Source: Octopus vulgaris (taxonomy: Eukaryota). From it: DNA of 64,000 bases. A model generated the notes under the pieces. That model searched no databases. It saw nothing but the letters and a program-made list of their open reading frames with translations, and was not told where the DNA came from. Where the stretch lies: positions 174,468,001 to 174,532,000 of the forward strand of contig OX597815.1 of NCBI GenBank assembly GCA_951406725.2. The letters are read 5' to 3'. The position numbers and the translations under genes are program-made. How positions within the stretch are numbered: the first letter of the stretch is position 1; each line of letters begins with the position of its first letter. Shown piece by piece: positions 36,620 through 50,600 of this stretch.

Positions 36620-36992
36620 TCATCATCATCATCATCGTCATTTAATGTCCATTGTCCATTTTGGCATGGGTTGAACAGTTTGACCAGAGCAGGTAAACTA
36701 GGGAGCTGCACCTGACTCCTATCTCATTTGGCATGGTTTCTGCTGCTGGATGCCCTTCCTGATGTTAACCACTTTACAGAGTGTTCTGGGTGCTTTCCGT
36801 GGCACTGCACAGGGGCTTTTATGTAACACCACATGAATGCTTTTACATGGCGTCGCAAAGGAACATTTACGTGGTGCCACACAGGTGCTTTTACATGGTG
36901 CCACACAGGTGCTTTTACGTGATGCCACACAGGTGTTTTTACATAGCATCACACAGGCACTTTTACATTGCACTGCACAAGCACTTTTATGT
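36620..36992 (-). mobile_element. RTE-tail SINE with internal 21-24-bp tandem array (about 36790-36992)
   Basis: Repeats of GCTTTTACRTGGTGCCACACAGGT. Confidence 0.8.
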
Positions 36993-37817
36993 GGAAACAA
37001 ATCAGTTTACAAGCAATTTTTCAAATATAAAACATCTCAGGTGACAAACAGTGTCTTGAGTAATGAACATGCAAGCCAGCACCAACAGTTGGTGACAAGC
37101 TCAGAGGATCAGAGGGAGAGCATCAGTTACTGCCTAGCTTTTGCTCAGTGCACATTCCTGCTTGATATCACTGTGGTTTTTCTTGAATTTACTATCTGGA
37201 AATTTCAGGTGACAAACAGCCTTCAAGAATGAATTAAATTTGTAAACTGAGGCTCCACTGTATTATGTCTTTTTGCTTGTCAGACAAGCAGCTAACTTAT
37301 TTGAGAGATATATTTGGCAGTGATCTATAAATTAGTTTTAAGATCCCCCCTTGAGTAATTAAACTTCAATTTTCACTCCTATGAATTCAGTTAAGTTAGA
37401 AAGAGATTAATGATATTTCTAAACTCATGATGCGAAAATGGTATCTAGAGTTGTTAACCAACAACCTGATAGGTTCATAGACATTTTTGCTTTGTATTAC
37501 ATAGACTTATTTAATCAACTGCAGAGGGACAAATATAGAACTCAATTCAATTGATAAATTTTTAACTTAATTTAAAGCACCACATTAAATACAAAATATA
37601 TCTCTCTAGTTCCTTACAAAGAAGACAGAAGAATGAAATGGCAGGAAGAGAGAGAGAGTCTCAGTGTCACAGAAATACATTAACACATGCATATATGTAT
37701 ACATTTTTACACACACACATGCATTCATTATGTTATAGGTTATTACACTTTAATAAAATTTGAAATTTTTGCTGTTTCAATTCTGGTATCTTTGAGAAAT
37801 ATGTATTCACAGCCCCC

Positions 37818-38014
37818 GTGCTGGTGGAATGTAAAAGCACCCACTACACTCTTGGAGTGGTTGGCATTAGGAAGGGCATCCAAAAGTAGAAACTCTGCCA
37901 GATCAAGATTGGAACCTTGTGCAGCCATCTGGTTCACCAGCCCTCAGTCAAATCGTCCAACCCATGCTAGCATGGAAGGTGGATGTTAAACGATGATGAT
38001 GATGATGATGATGA
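37818..38014 (+). mobile_element. RTE-tail SINE 3' fragment
   Basis: GAGTGGTTGGCATTAGGAAGGGCATCC..GATGTTAAAC(GAT)n. Confidence 0.85.
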
Positions 38015-39691
38015 CACTGACTCACATAAACAGTGAAACTTCAGAAGTAAACGAAAATATCTCATGTCTTAATTTAGTTTTCTAATTTCTCTCTTTTCTT
38101 CCCTAAACTGGGAAGAAAACATGCACGCATGCACACACATACATATTTTTATTCTGTCCTACTAAATTATTCATTTTTCTTCTGTACTACTAAATTATTA
38201 ATGCAGTTTAGTGGTAGAACAAATAAAAAGGAACATATGTTCAACTCCTTTTAGTGATAGAAATTTTCAAAGGACGTTGTCGAGAATGTCAATCACACAT
38301 GAACTAACTAACTATTCTCTGAGCAGTTTTCATTTTGCATTCCTGCATGTATCATTCTCATTTTTGATGATACAAGATCACCTGTGCTTTAATAAAATAT
38401 TAGTTTAGGAATTAAATAATGTTTTTATCGTCTTAACCTCAATAAAATGCTAAATCAATTAATATATAACTTTACCTTATATTTATTTTCTTTCCATTCA
38501 ATCCTTCAAACTATTTTTGATGAGAATTTAATTAATTTTACTATACAAGTCTACATTAAATATATGGAATGTATGTTATGTTGATGTATTTATTACATAC
38601 CATTAGCAGTTTATTTCTTTTAAAATTCCTTCATTTTTAATGGCACAGCTATATTAGTATTGTATATAATGTGTGTTTTCCATTAGGCTTTGTACTATTC
38701 TTAGAAACTTGAAAAGAAATTGAGAAAATCCCAAGCAGATCAAATTTCTGGTAGTCTTCACTTATTAATGTAATTGATTCCTGTTTTTGTTAATACAAAA
38801 TGGCTTATTTTTTTCATGGAAACTCTTTGTTTTATGTAATCTTTATGAAACAACAGATTTTTGTTTTCTTTTTATCACATACATCCAAATCACTTTTAAC
38901 ATGTTACAAAATAATTTGAATTGAGTTTTATGAAAACTTATGAAATATAAATCTTCTTGCATAAAGAATTGATTTAAATCTAGCATTGAAAGATTTAAAT
39001 GAAAATGTAATAGAGCTTATAAGCTATTTAGGATTCTGAGTTATAAGATAAGGACGATTAAATTAATCCTACACTTACATTGTTTCAAGAAGACTTTAGG
39101 AAGTGAGGATTACTCTTTGTATCAATAGCCATATTAATCTTTTTTTAATTTTATTTCATATACATTATTTTACCCACTTGTTACATCAACATAAAACTCA
39201 TCAACTCAGTTAAGCATCTGAATTTAAAATATTAAAGTAACCAAATCAACTCTCTCTTGCTGTTGATATTTTGATTTTATTCAGTTTTCTTCTTGCATGT
39301 TTTGTAAATGAAACTCCTATTTGTCAAGCATCTTATTATGATTAGTGTGAACCTTCTGTTCATCACTAAATGGTTTTTATTTTTTTTTTTTAACACTTAC
39401 AGATGCCAGCTTTATAAAACACACAACACAATAGATGCACACTCAAAACTTTATATGCACTATGTGATAATATCCTTCTAGATATATGTTCAATTAATAT
39501 CATAGTGAACTTGGCCTTTCATCTTTCCGAGGTTAATATAATACATCTCTGTAAGATACCAAAATTCATTTACTTAACTAGGTCTGATCTAATTCCAACT
39601 GTGACCTTGTATCTTGTCAAAATAAATCCTCTATAAACTATATACACTATATACCTATATATATATATACACACATACATACATACACTCA

Positions 39692-39737
<46 letters not shown>

Positions 39738-40727
39738 CATACATACACTCATGCATATATATAAAATATATAAATATACATATATGTATACATATATGTA
39801 CTTACATGCATACATGTACACACGTGCACTTGTACACATACACAAAGCTTTGAGGAGTAATCTAATATTGAGCATATGACTCTAATGGGTTTAATGGAGC
39901 ATGGATTATTGCCCACTAGTCATTAAGTGAAGCCTATAATCAGTACTAAAGCCTGCACTGTGGGCAAGGTGGACTCAGATGAAGCTAGGGAGTGGAGTGG
40001 CTTCTTGTAAATGAATAAAACTGGATAGAGTAAAATTGTATGGAAGCCCATCAGGTGGCTTCAGATGTACCTGTGATTCAAAGGGTTAGTCTTGTCACAA
40101 ACCATGTCACACTAATTTTGTGTTTTTGATATACTCAGCCACTTACTAATAGAAGCAAGTAATTCACTTGGTTGAACAACTGAAATACCCATTGCCAAAA
40201 ACAAATGAAGACTCATTTACCTCTTTATATAGGCATGCATATGTGTATTATACATGTGTGTGTGTAAGAGCAAACAGATTTGTCCATATTCAATGCTCCC
40301 TCTGCCACCACATATTTCACGGTTCTCTTCCAAATATCACAGTGCTTCAGTAAAAAAAGATTGCATCAGATTCTTCTGATACCTATTACACTCTGTCTTT
40401 TTACCCCAATGTACTGCTAATCAACATTCCTTCCATCTCCTCTTCCCCCTACCATCATTCCTTTATTGACTTTCATTGCTCACTTACCAGCTAGCATTAC
40501 CCCCACTACGCTGCTAACTTCCACTCCCACTCCTGATCAGTCCTGATTAGACATTCATCACATACTCTGTCTCTCTCTCACACACAAAAACACACAGCTA
40601 CTTTGGTGCCTCTCAGTGTCTCTCTCAACACAGTACCCAAGTAATATTGCCACTCATTTTGGTCTTTTGTCATCACATATATGAAGTCCAGCTTCCTGAG
40701 ATATGACTTCATCACTCCTTCCTTTCC

Positions 40728-41012
40728 TACTCTTTTACTCTTTTACTTGTTTCAGTCATTTGACTGTGGCCATGCTGGAGCACCGCCTTTAGTCGAGCAA
40801 ATCAACCCCAGGACTTATTCTTTGTAAGCCTAGTACTTATTCTATCGATCTCTTTTGCTGAACCACTAAGTTACAGGGACATAAACACACCAGCATCGGT
40901 TGTCAAGCGACGTTGGGGGTACAAACACATACACACATACATATCTATATATACGATGGGCTTCTTTCATTTTCTGTCTACCAAATCCACTCGCAAGGCT
41001 TTGGTCAGCCCC
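40728..41012 (-). mobile_element. CORE-type SINE, 5'-truncated
   Basis: Colinear with 8583-8870. Confidence 0.88.
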
Positions 41013-43129
41013 TATGAATATCTCCTGAACATTTTTCTCCACTGTACTTTTTTATCCAACACTCATCACGCATTCACATCACATGTTCATACATGTGATG
41101 AATGGGTAATGAGGGCTGTATAGTTGTCTCTCTTTTTGTCATATATTGATATCTATAACGCCTAGTCTCTCTCTCAGGGCACTTGTGATCTAATTCATGT
41201 TAAAATTATCCATCCAATGGATCATGCTTGCCTCATTTCTCTTCAGCCTCTTCAGATCTCCTGCATTCAATGACCATTATCTTACTAATGCATGCTTCAT
41301 GCCCCTCTACCATGCAATATTATACTTCCTATGTATGCTTACACTATTTGTTGCCAAGACTATTGATGATGCAGTCAAAGAACATTGTCTTCAACACCTG
41401 GAGGAAATTTCCATTCACAACCAAAGAATTGACCACTTGCCTATGCAATGCATGTAAGATGACAATGAGGAAAACAAGACAAATGTGTGCATCACGCAGC
41501 TAGCATATCCTCTCTCATCTCCTATTTTGCAACCAAGTTTTCTGGTCCCTTGGTAAGAGTTACTTCTGTAAAGCTTGTGGAATCCACCCATCCACCTCTT
41601 TTCAACCAAGTTCTATAAGCAGGACACCCATGATTAAATCCACCACACTTAATGTCTGCTTCAATTCCAATTCTTTTGAATTCTAATCCAACTCCTGTAT
41701 TTCTCTACAATTATTAACCTGCAGCAATTCAAATTAAAAATTGCTTTCATTTGCCTCTAATTCCAATAGAATATTAACATACTAACTCATCTGCACAAAA
41801 ATTACAGACACTGCCCCCCCCCCCCTCCTTAGATAAATGAATGAAAACAACATTAAACCCCCACTACCACCACCACCATTGCTCTGTGTCCATTGTCAAA
41901 AGCTCACTTTTTGTCTTGAAAGTAAATACTTTGCTAAATATACCTGATTCAGACCTCACCTCACCAAAAAAATGCCTAAATTTTCTGGAATCTGTCTATC
42001 TTTTGGATTAATATCCTGCGTAACCTAAATCTTACTTAATTATGTCTCTATAAATGATATGTTAGTTCTTTGAGAATCTTAATTTAGTATTTCATCTCTA
42101 GAGTTGACATCTCAACTACCATAATATACTGACATACTATATAGTTTGTAAATTAAATTCTTCGTTCATTAATTTCTTGGAATTTAGTCAGTACTTTAAC
42201 AACTAAGTTGATTGAGCTGTTAAGATTTAAACCAGAAATAACACACTGTGTCACTAACTGCTTCTGTTAGTTGGATCTCATAACAAAGCTATATTGACAA
42301 CTCTTGAGTGCTAGTCAGCCATAGGTTATCATATGTTTCCATATGCTAGGGTACCCATGGGTATGTGTATGAGTAACTGAGAAAGAAAAAAGGGGAGACA
42401 GGGAGAGAGAGAGATAGGGTGGAGAGGATAAGAGCTAACTTGAGAGAACTCAATTGTCATAAAAACCATAGCCATCATTCACGAATGAGTATAACTTCAT
42501 TGGAAGTACCAAACTTTCAATAATTGCTTTAGGTGCCTATGTTGTTGGTGGTGGACATAGGCACTCTCTTAGCCTTCTCACCTTTGATCCAGTGAAACAT
42601 CAAAGACATGGCAACTCAAATGAGGGACAGCTGCATCATAACTAGGCTGGTATATGTTTTCAGCAGAGTTGACTGGAGCAAAATGAAATGAAGTGCCTAC
42701 TTCAAAGACATAACACACTGCCTTGTTCAGGAATTGTGATTGTGAGCCCAACACCCCAGTAATACCATGTTGTCATACTAAAGTTTTAACTATCAATATT
42801 TGGAAATTTTGTTTATTGGTAGGTGCCTAAAGTACTTGAGTGTTCAGAGTATTTGGAACAATAAATGTTATATCTTACTCTTTTATGTAAACAAAAAAAA
42901 AAAGACACCAATTAATCTTTAGTTGATACAGAATATAATCTTGAAGAAAATACTGGGCAAAATTCAATGAATGTAATACATTTATTCTATTGCCCAATTA
43001 AACACCACCAAACTTGATCTTTGGTAACTTTAGTGGAGTCCATTCTGTTGCAAGTATTTGGGTCAGGTCTTTAGTCAGAGGATAACTAACTCCCTACCAG
43101 TATTGGAAGCCTTCAATAGGGTTATCAGT

Positions 43130-43521
43130 TGGTTAGTGGCACTCCATCGGTTATGACGATGAGGGTTCCAGTTGATCTAATCAACTGAACAGCCTGTTCA
43201 TGAAATCAATGCACAAGTGGCTGAGCACTCCACAGATACGTGTACCCTTAACGTAGTTCTTGGGGAGATTCAGCTTCAGCGTGACATGGAGTATGACAAG
43301 GCTGGCCCTTTGAAATACAGGTACAATAGAAACAGGAAGAGTGAGAGAAAGTTGTGTTGAAAGAGTACAGCAGGATTTGCCACCACCCTCTGCCAGAGCC
43401 TCATGGAGCTTTTAAGTGTTTTCACTCAATAAACACTCACAACGCCTGGTCTGGGAATCAAAACTGTGATCCTACAACCGCGAATCCACTGCCCTAACCA
43501 CTGGACCATTACGCCTCCACT
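43130..43521 (-). mobile_element. Full-length tRNA-derived SINE with 11-bp target-site duplication
   Basis: Head GTGGAGGCGTAATGGTCCAGTGGTTAGG on the minus strand; TSD GGGTTATCAGT at 43119-43129 and 43522-43532. Confidence 0.88.
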
Positions 43522-45453
43522 GGGTTATCAGTACTACATTTATAACATATTACTAAAAAATGCATTCTGATAATTGCTAATCACTACCCAAATCTGACAA
43601 AGATTTTTTTTTTAAGCAAGTCTTTTCTCTAATTTTTGCTGTTTTGTTTTCTTTTTAAAATAGCTATGCTCATTGTTTATGTTCTGTTTTGTTAATTATT
43701 TTGAGGAAATCTAGTAAATATCCAACATAATAAAATAGTTCTGTTCTCCTGGTGGTGTTTTGTGAATTCTGTAAAGGTGTTCTCACATTGTTTTGGGGGT
43801 TTTTTTTGTTTGTTTTCATTGATTTTTTTTTCTAACATATGAACTATTTAAGTTACACACTGAAAATTCAATTATGTAAATATTCTTCCACTTTTTTAAA
43901 AGCTGTCTTTCCTTCAAAGTATATTTAGCAGTTCACTGACAAGCAGATGCAAACAAATGCCTGTTTTGAATATGAAATATTTAAAATTTCATTTATTTAC
44001 CGTGTTTTATTTTTGTTTTCGGGGTTTGGCTCTAATTGAGTCATGAATGTTTATTCTTATTTTCTCCTCTTAATATGTTTCTATATTTGTAAATTTTCAC
44101 TTCAACTTGTTCTTTTGATACAAAGCGTTATTGATCATTAGCCAAAGTTAAGTTGTTTGACACCAAATAATTGGCTCGGGAATAGATTTGTTGTAAAGAA
44201 GCACAAGATACTCTGTTGTTACACACATGAATTTCATATGTCCGCATGTGTGTATGTGCATGTGTGTGTGTGTGTATGCATTTTTGTTTAAACCAACTAC
44301 ACACACTTACATACAAATTATTCCAAATATGGAACGTTATCCCTTAATTCTGTGCCAAAGAAGCACTGCCAAACGTTGAGCCAATATACCTATACTAGTA
44401 TTTCACAATTAGAAATATTTTATCTATATAACCATCACCATCATCCCTTCACTCACATAAACACACACGCACATATTTTTTTTTTCTGTCATGGACTGTA
44501 ACCATGCTTAGTATAGTGTCTTAGAAGTACTCAAGTTTTAATTTCTACACCAGTTTGGCTTCAAAGTCAACCTTCATCAGATCTATGATTAAGGTGATTC
44601 AACAATATCCATAATGCTCCTTTTTCTCTCTCTCTCTCTTTTTTTTTTTTTTTTTTGATAGATGTGAAGACTAAGAGTCTAGAACTACACTAACCAAACC
44701 AGTGTGTCCTTTTTTTTTAAGGATTAGTGGGTATATTTTGAGGAAGATTTGGTTACTATTTCTTGCATGTTTAGTGAACCCTTGTAATCCCCTTGTTAAT
44801 TCATCCACACAGCATGTTTATCGTTTAAACATAATATTTAGACATGCAATTAAATTTTTCTAATTTTAGCCACTATTGTTGTCTGACCCCTGCTAGACAA
44901 CACTGTTGTTAATGATACTAACCACTGTTTCTAGGAACAAGTTGACAAAGCCTTCTTATAGATGCATCTAGCTATCAGGTCTCTCTAGAGTGGTTTTCCA
45001 CTCTGTCATTTTTCAACTGTTTATAAAAGGAGTATCACTCCTTGAAAGTGATGTACGTTGTTTATCCATATTGCATCTTGACTACTTTATTCAGTATCCT
45101 CATTCTTCTAGAATGCAGGGTGCAACATTCATAATTTTAATACGGTGGATTTTCAAGCTGCAATTTTAGCTTATGGATTAATGGCAACTTTGTAGCTTAC
45201 TTTCTCTGAAATTCTTTCAGATGTTTTCATACACCACACATAGTTCTTCTTTGAAGACTTTTACCTTGCTTCTGTTATGACAGGGTAGGTGGTGCCTTGT
45301 GAACTTAATGGTAGCTATTTCCCTTTACACAGTCTCAAACAATCTATGTTAATGCTATTTTTGATTTTAAGTAATTGCAGTAGCATACAGAAATTCATTC
45401 AGTAAGCTGGGAGTTCCTTTTTGCTTAGAGTGCATTAATTACTACACATCCAG

Positions 45454-45849
45454 TCTTTATATATAAAGCTGAAGTTGTCTGTGTGTGGCAGGTTTGGTAG
45501 CCTTCAACTAACACTATCTCCTCCGAGACCCTGCGGCGCAAGTTGACCAAAATTGAGAGTATGATAGAAGAAGGCTTACTCTTCATTCCATAGAAGAAAA
45601 AATTCAAATCGGACCATGTTAACACCAAAAATTATTTACATCAAAAAGGTGCTTTTTTTCTATGAAAATCCCTATTTTTTATGATTTTTTTACTGCTGTG
45701 TCGCCATTTTTCAGTGTATTTCAGCCAGAAAAATATTCACTTAAAGAGTATAACAAGTTACATAATGCAAAATTTTTACTTTTCAAAAATTCCGATTCTA
45801 AAGGGTCGAAAAGAAAACAAACCTGAGCAACGTCGGGCTATACTACTAG
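45454..45849 (+). mobile_element. Non-autonomous Helitron-like element
   Basis: 5' TCTTTATATATAAA; 3' hairpin CCTGAGCAACGTCGGG followed by CTAG|T. Confidence 0.75.
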
Positions 45850-46713
45850 TATATATATATGCATGAGTAATGAAATTAAAAGCCTATCTTTATATATTAT
45901 GTTTTGGAAATAAACTTAAAAGTAATTAATGGTGTAGAGCCTTTGTCAACTCTCATTCCATTAAACATTATTGTATTTTCATTTCTTTTAACTGATGAGC
46001 TTCAAAATATGTTGAAAAAAACCCTATATTCTACTTAGTTTTCTTTACTTTCATTTATGGTGCAAGGTTTCAACCAAAGGGAGAGTGATGGTGATGTAAT
46101 AATGATGTAGATATGGCTATAAAAGTGAAGACAAGGCAGGCTTATGTAAACTGAAAGAAAGTGGGTAGCAGAGAAAAACATCAAGTAGTTAGAGGAGAAA
46201 CTAGTTTGCCCATATTCTGCAACAGAAGGATCAGAGGTTTGAGTCTTTCAGGATTGCGAGCCAGTGTGCTTGAGAAAACCAAGCTATCATTGAGAAGTGT
46301 ATACAGAATGATAATAATGCCATTGCCTTCAATGGCACTGAAAACAAAGTGGCATGAAAGTGCTATTATGTGGGTACTATGTTGAATATGGAAATTGCAT
46401 GACAGAAGTCACATTGCTTACACTCAAAAGATTTGAAAGAAGTTGATACAAGTCAAAAGAGACTTTCAACACCTGTCAAACAAACTAAAACTAAAAACAA
46501 GAATAATCTCTATTTCTAAAATAAATTTTTTCCTTATAACATTAAAATGTTTTCCGCAACTTATAAACCAAAATCAGGTAAGGAGTAGATAGTACATTGA
46601 TTTTTTTTCTCTCTTTTTTATTTATATATATATACAGATATGAATTTTTTTTTTTCCGTAATGAGATAAAAAAACCTAGGCTGTGTAGATATTAGAGCAT
46701 TTATATATAGAAG

Positions 46714-46768
46714 GTCTTACAGCTGTTTCTAGAATATCAATTAATAATAATATCCCTTCGTCAGAGAC
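46714..46768 (-). ncRNA. Minimal type I hammerhead ribozyme (Penelope-type)
   Basis: GTCT-CTGACGA-AGGGATAT..ATATTCTA-GAAAC-AGCT-GTA^AGAC. Confidence 0.75.
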
Positions 46769-46823
46769 GGTGTGAGAGGAAAAATATATACATACATACA
46801 TATATACATACACACACACACAC

Positions 46824-47492
46824 CTGGGTATCTTGGTGGATTCCTCCTTTTCGCCTTCGGCCCAGTGTGTCCATGCTGCCAACAAAGCACGCGGAGTTCT
46901 GTTCTTGATTCGACGGTCATTCGGAATGCTCACAGCAGCCATATTCCTACCGCTCTATGTCACGCTGGTGAGACCCATATTGGCGTACAGGATTCAAGCC
47001 TCTTCTCCTTATCTCCTCAAAGACATACAGCATCTCAAAAGAGTCCAGAAGCTGGCTACCCGCATGGTTCTTGGTCTCAAGAATTTGTCTTATGAAGAAA
47101 GGCTGAAGACGCTCGACCATTATTCTCTAGAAAAACGACGATGCCGCGGAGATCTCATTCTTGCTCACAACATCATAAGCGGAAAGTGTAACCTCTCGAA
47201 AGAGCTGTTCTTCACTCCTGCTCCAGAGCATCAGCTGTGGGGGTCATTCCAAAAAGCTCTATCTGCAATGATTTCATCTCAATCGAAGGAGAGGGGCTTT
47301 CTCCGTCCAGGTTATGGATCCATGGAATAAGCTGCCAGACGAGATGCTGACGACCGCTCGGTTCAAAGTCTCCCTTGACCACAAGTGGCATGAACACCAC
47401 CCTGTACATAACTCCATGTCCCCCTACATGGCCTTGCTTTTTGCTTTTTGAGCCCCAAAATTAATTAATTAACTAACTTAACTAACTAACTA

Positions 47493-47494
<2 letters not shown>
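46824..47494 (+). mobile_element. CR1-group LINE, 5'-truncated 3' end of ORF2 plus 3' UTR
   Basis: LGILVDS..KARGVL..LY.TLVRP.L.Y..SPY..LKRVQKLATRMV.GLKNLSYEERL..SLEKRR.RGDLI; ends in a (TAAC)n tail within (CA)n. Confidence 0.9.
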
Positions 47495-47533
<39 letters not shown>

Positions 47534-48267
47534 AACTTTAATGGACTTAAAGTGCTATACATAAAAACATCATTTAACTTCTTAAAGCAATACACACACT
47601 CACAAATATCATTAATTTTACAACCACCCCTATAACTGAATTGTTCCCCCTTATCTCATTACAGTTGTTTCTACTGAACACATGGCTTTTTTCTCAGTTT
47701 TAATGTCCACTTAGGTTTTCTACATTTTGATGAAATATTTCCTCTCCTCTTCTTTAGACCATTCAATACACACACACACACACACACACACTCATATATA
47801 AATGATAATTTTGAAAAGTAATTTAAGATTGAGCATGTGAGTGCGCTGAGTTTAATAGAGAAGGAAATACTGCCTACTAGCCATTAAATGCCAATCATAA
47901 TCTGAAGTCCTGGCTTCTCCAGAAGTAGGAAAGCATTTGAACTTGTTAGTTTTGTCCATTATGTGAATTCTGTCTGCAGATCATAATGTAAGGTTATCAT
48001 CATTTTAGCATCCATTTTTCCATGTTTGCATTGGTATCATTGTTTTAACACACACACACGCACACACACACACATGATGGATTCTTTCAGTTCCCATCTA
48101 CTAAATACAGTCATGGCTTTGGTCAGCCTGAGGATATAGTAGGAAACACTTGCCCAGAGTGTCACACATAAACATTTGCACATATTTGTGAGTGTGGTGT
48201 TTGTGTGTGTATGCATGTGTGTGTGTGTGTGTGTGCGTGTGTGTAGTTAAATATATATATATATATA

Positions 48268-48440
48268 TTCTTTACTACCCACAAGGGGCTAAACACAGAG
48301 GGGACAAACAAGGACAGACAAACAGATTAAGTCGATTATATCGACCCCAGTGCGTAACTGGTACTTAATTTATCGACCCCCGAAAGGATGAAAGGCAAAG
48401 TCGACCTCAGCGGAATTTGAACTCAGAACGTAACGGCAGA
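48268..48440 (-). mobile_element. Meta-domain SINE, 5'-truncated
   Basis: Near-identical to 32310-32470. Confidence 0.88.
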
Positions 48441-48449
48441 TATGGTATG

Positions 48450-48793
48450 AAGTGGTGAAGCATGATCTTCAAACTTTCAGCCTCACAGAGGCAAAGTGGC
48501 TGAGTTCCTTTCATGTGTTGGGCCTCACAGAAGCAATGACTGAAACCTTTGGCATTATGTCATGCTTGAGAAGAGCCGTCAAGTCATGTAAAATCACAGT
48601 TGTAACAGATATCAGTGTCGTGCAAATGGCACCCATAAGCACTCTTTACACTCTCAGAGTGGTTGACATTAGGAAGGGCATCCAGCCATAGAAACCATGC
48701 CAAATCAGACTGGTGTCTGGTGCAACCTTCCAGCTTGCCAGCCCTGGTCAAACTGTCCAACCCATGGCCAACAGACTTGAAATAATGATGATG

Positions 48794-48795
<2 letters not shown>
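48450..48795 (+). mobile_element. RTE LINE 3' remnant / RTE-tail SINE
   Basis: TGAAGTGGTGAAGCATGATCTTCAAAC..GGCCTCACAGA followed by AGGAAGGGCATCCAGCC and a (GAT)n tail. Confidence 0.65.
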
Positions 48796-48827
<32 letters not shown>

Positions 48828-49971
48828 TGTATATGTATTTGGGTGGTGTGTATGTGTTCAGATATTCATTCATCATTCATTTACTGTCTGTTTTTCACAT
48901 TAGCATGGGTTTGTCAATGACTTATTTCCTGTAATATCAAGAAGGGATGTGAAGATCATATCACCATTTCACTCAGCTAGCTATAAAACTATTGTTGTAG
49001 TTGTGCATGCTCTTAGAAATATGGAGATATATCTGCAGTTTTACATGTAGTCAGACTGTCCTATCTATTCTATTCAACTAAGATGTATCAGACAGTAGAT
49101 TCAAATGCAATTATTTTATATATATACACACACACACATTTACATATACATGCATGCATGCCTACATATATATATGTGTGTGTGTGTGCGCATATATTTA
49201 CTGGTATCATGTAGATCACCTGTTCACAACTGCAGACACTTGCACAAGCAAATATATTAGTGTGTACTTAAACAATATAACTAAAAGAACAATCTATGTT
49301 ACATTTTCATACTAAAATCATGTTAATGAATGCAAAAAAAATTTTGTATGAAGAAATTCTTTAAGCTAAATAGCAACTCATTTCATGGAAGTGTTGCAAT
49401 TATTTTAAATGTTGAACTTAGGTTAAAAAGATAATCATAACATTAAAGAAATGAATTAGTTTTCCTCATTCTGTTACTAGCTGAAAATATTTGTTAGTTT
49501 ATTCTGAAATAATTCCTGAAATCTATCTAAGAATTTGTTTTCTTTATCAAATATAAGCAATATGATTTATAGATAAGATAATTGGCAATTTTCTTATTCA
49601 TAGAATTTTTGCCTTATAAACTAAGGTAAATATTCTCTCAGACAAACTGCTATGCCATGAAGTATTATGTTCAACCTATTACCTAAATGCTTGGCATTCT
49701 TTTTTATATTTCTTTTTCTTTTTTAAATCTTTTGCAACAGACATTCCTTTCTTGTTCAAAGCATGTCTGCTGAGAGATTCTTAAAAGATCCACTGCTGCT
49801 GTACAGGGTGATGAGGTTGCCAAGCTAACTTCTAGAAATGCTACAAACAATAGATATCTGATATCTTACTATACAACTGTCATTGAAAACTTTATACACT
49901 ATCTATTGCTGTGTCTCTTGGAATATTCTTTTACATGAATCTCACTTTTATCTGCTCACCTTCTCTCGTTT

Positions 49972-50600
49972 ATGTGCATTTCTATTCTACTCTCTTGGAT
50001 TTTATTTTTGCACTTCAGTTAAGGGTGGTGGGTCAGTGCCTATAGCTTTTACTGGTTCTCCCAGGTTGGTGAGGTTGATGCAGCTTATGTTTGATGTGCG
50101 GATGGGAAAATGTGGACACTAAGTGCACAAGAAGAGGTTTCAGTGTTTATCACAGAATTAGGGAGGTGAAATACAGTAATAATGGCAATGGGGGCATTAA
50201 TTAATTGAATTTGCCTGGGTACACAACTTGCTCATTCAGAAGTGTAAGCAACCATTGCAATAGAGACAGGGAGAGGATTATATCATGTGCATTTCTATTC
50301 TACTCTCTTGGATTTTATTTTTGCACTTCAGTTAAGAGTGGTGGGTCAGTGCCTATAGCTTTTACTGGTTCTCTCAGATTGGTGAGGTTGATGCAGCTTA
50401 TGTTTGATGTGTGGATGGGAAAATGTGGACAGTAAGTGCACAAGAAGAGGTTTCAGTGTTTATCACAGAATTAGGGAGGTGAAATACAGTAATAATGGCA
50501 ATGGGGGCATTAATTAATTGAATTTGCCTGGGTACACAACTTGCTCATTCAGAAGTGTAAGCAACCATTGCAATAGAGACAGGGGGAGGGTTATATCATG
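49972..50600. repeat. 313-bp direct tandem duplication
   Basis: ATGTGCATTTCTATTCTACTC starts at 49972 and 50285; the copies differ by a handful of substitutions. Confidence 0.95.

Noticed and set aside
41370-41620. Possible transposase relic
   Set aside because: No diagnostic motif could be read in any frame.
45985-46020. CTGATGAGCTTCAAAA hammerhead-like remnant
   Set aside because: No GAAA and the stems are too weak to support.
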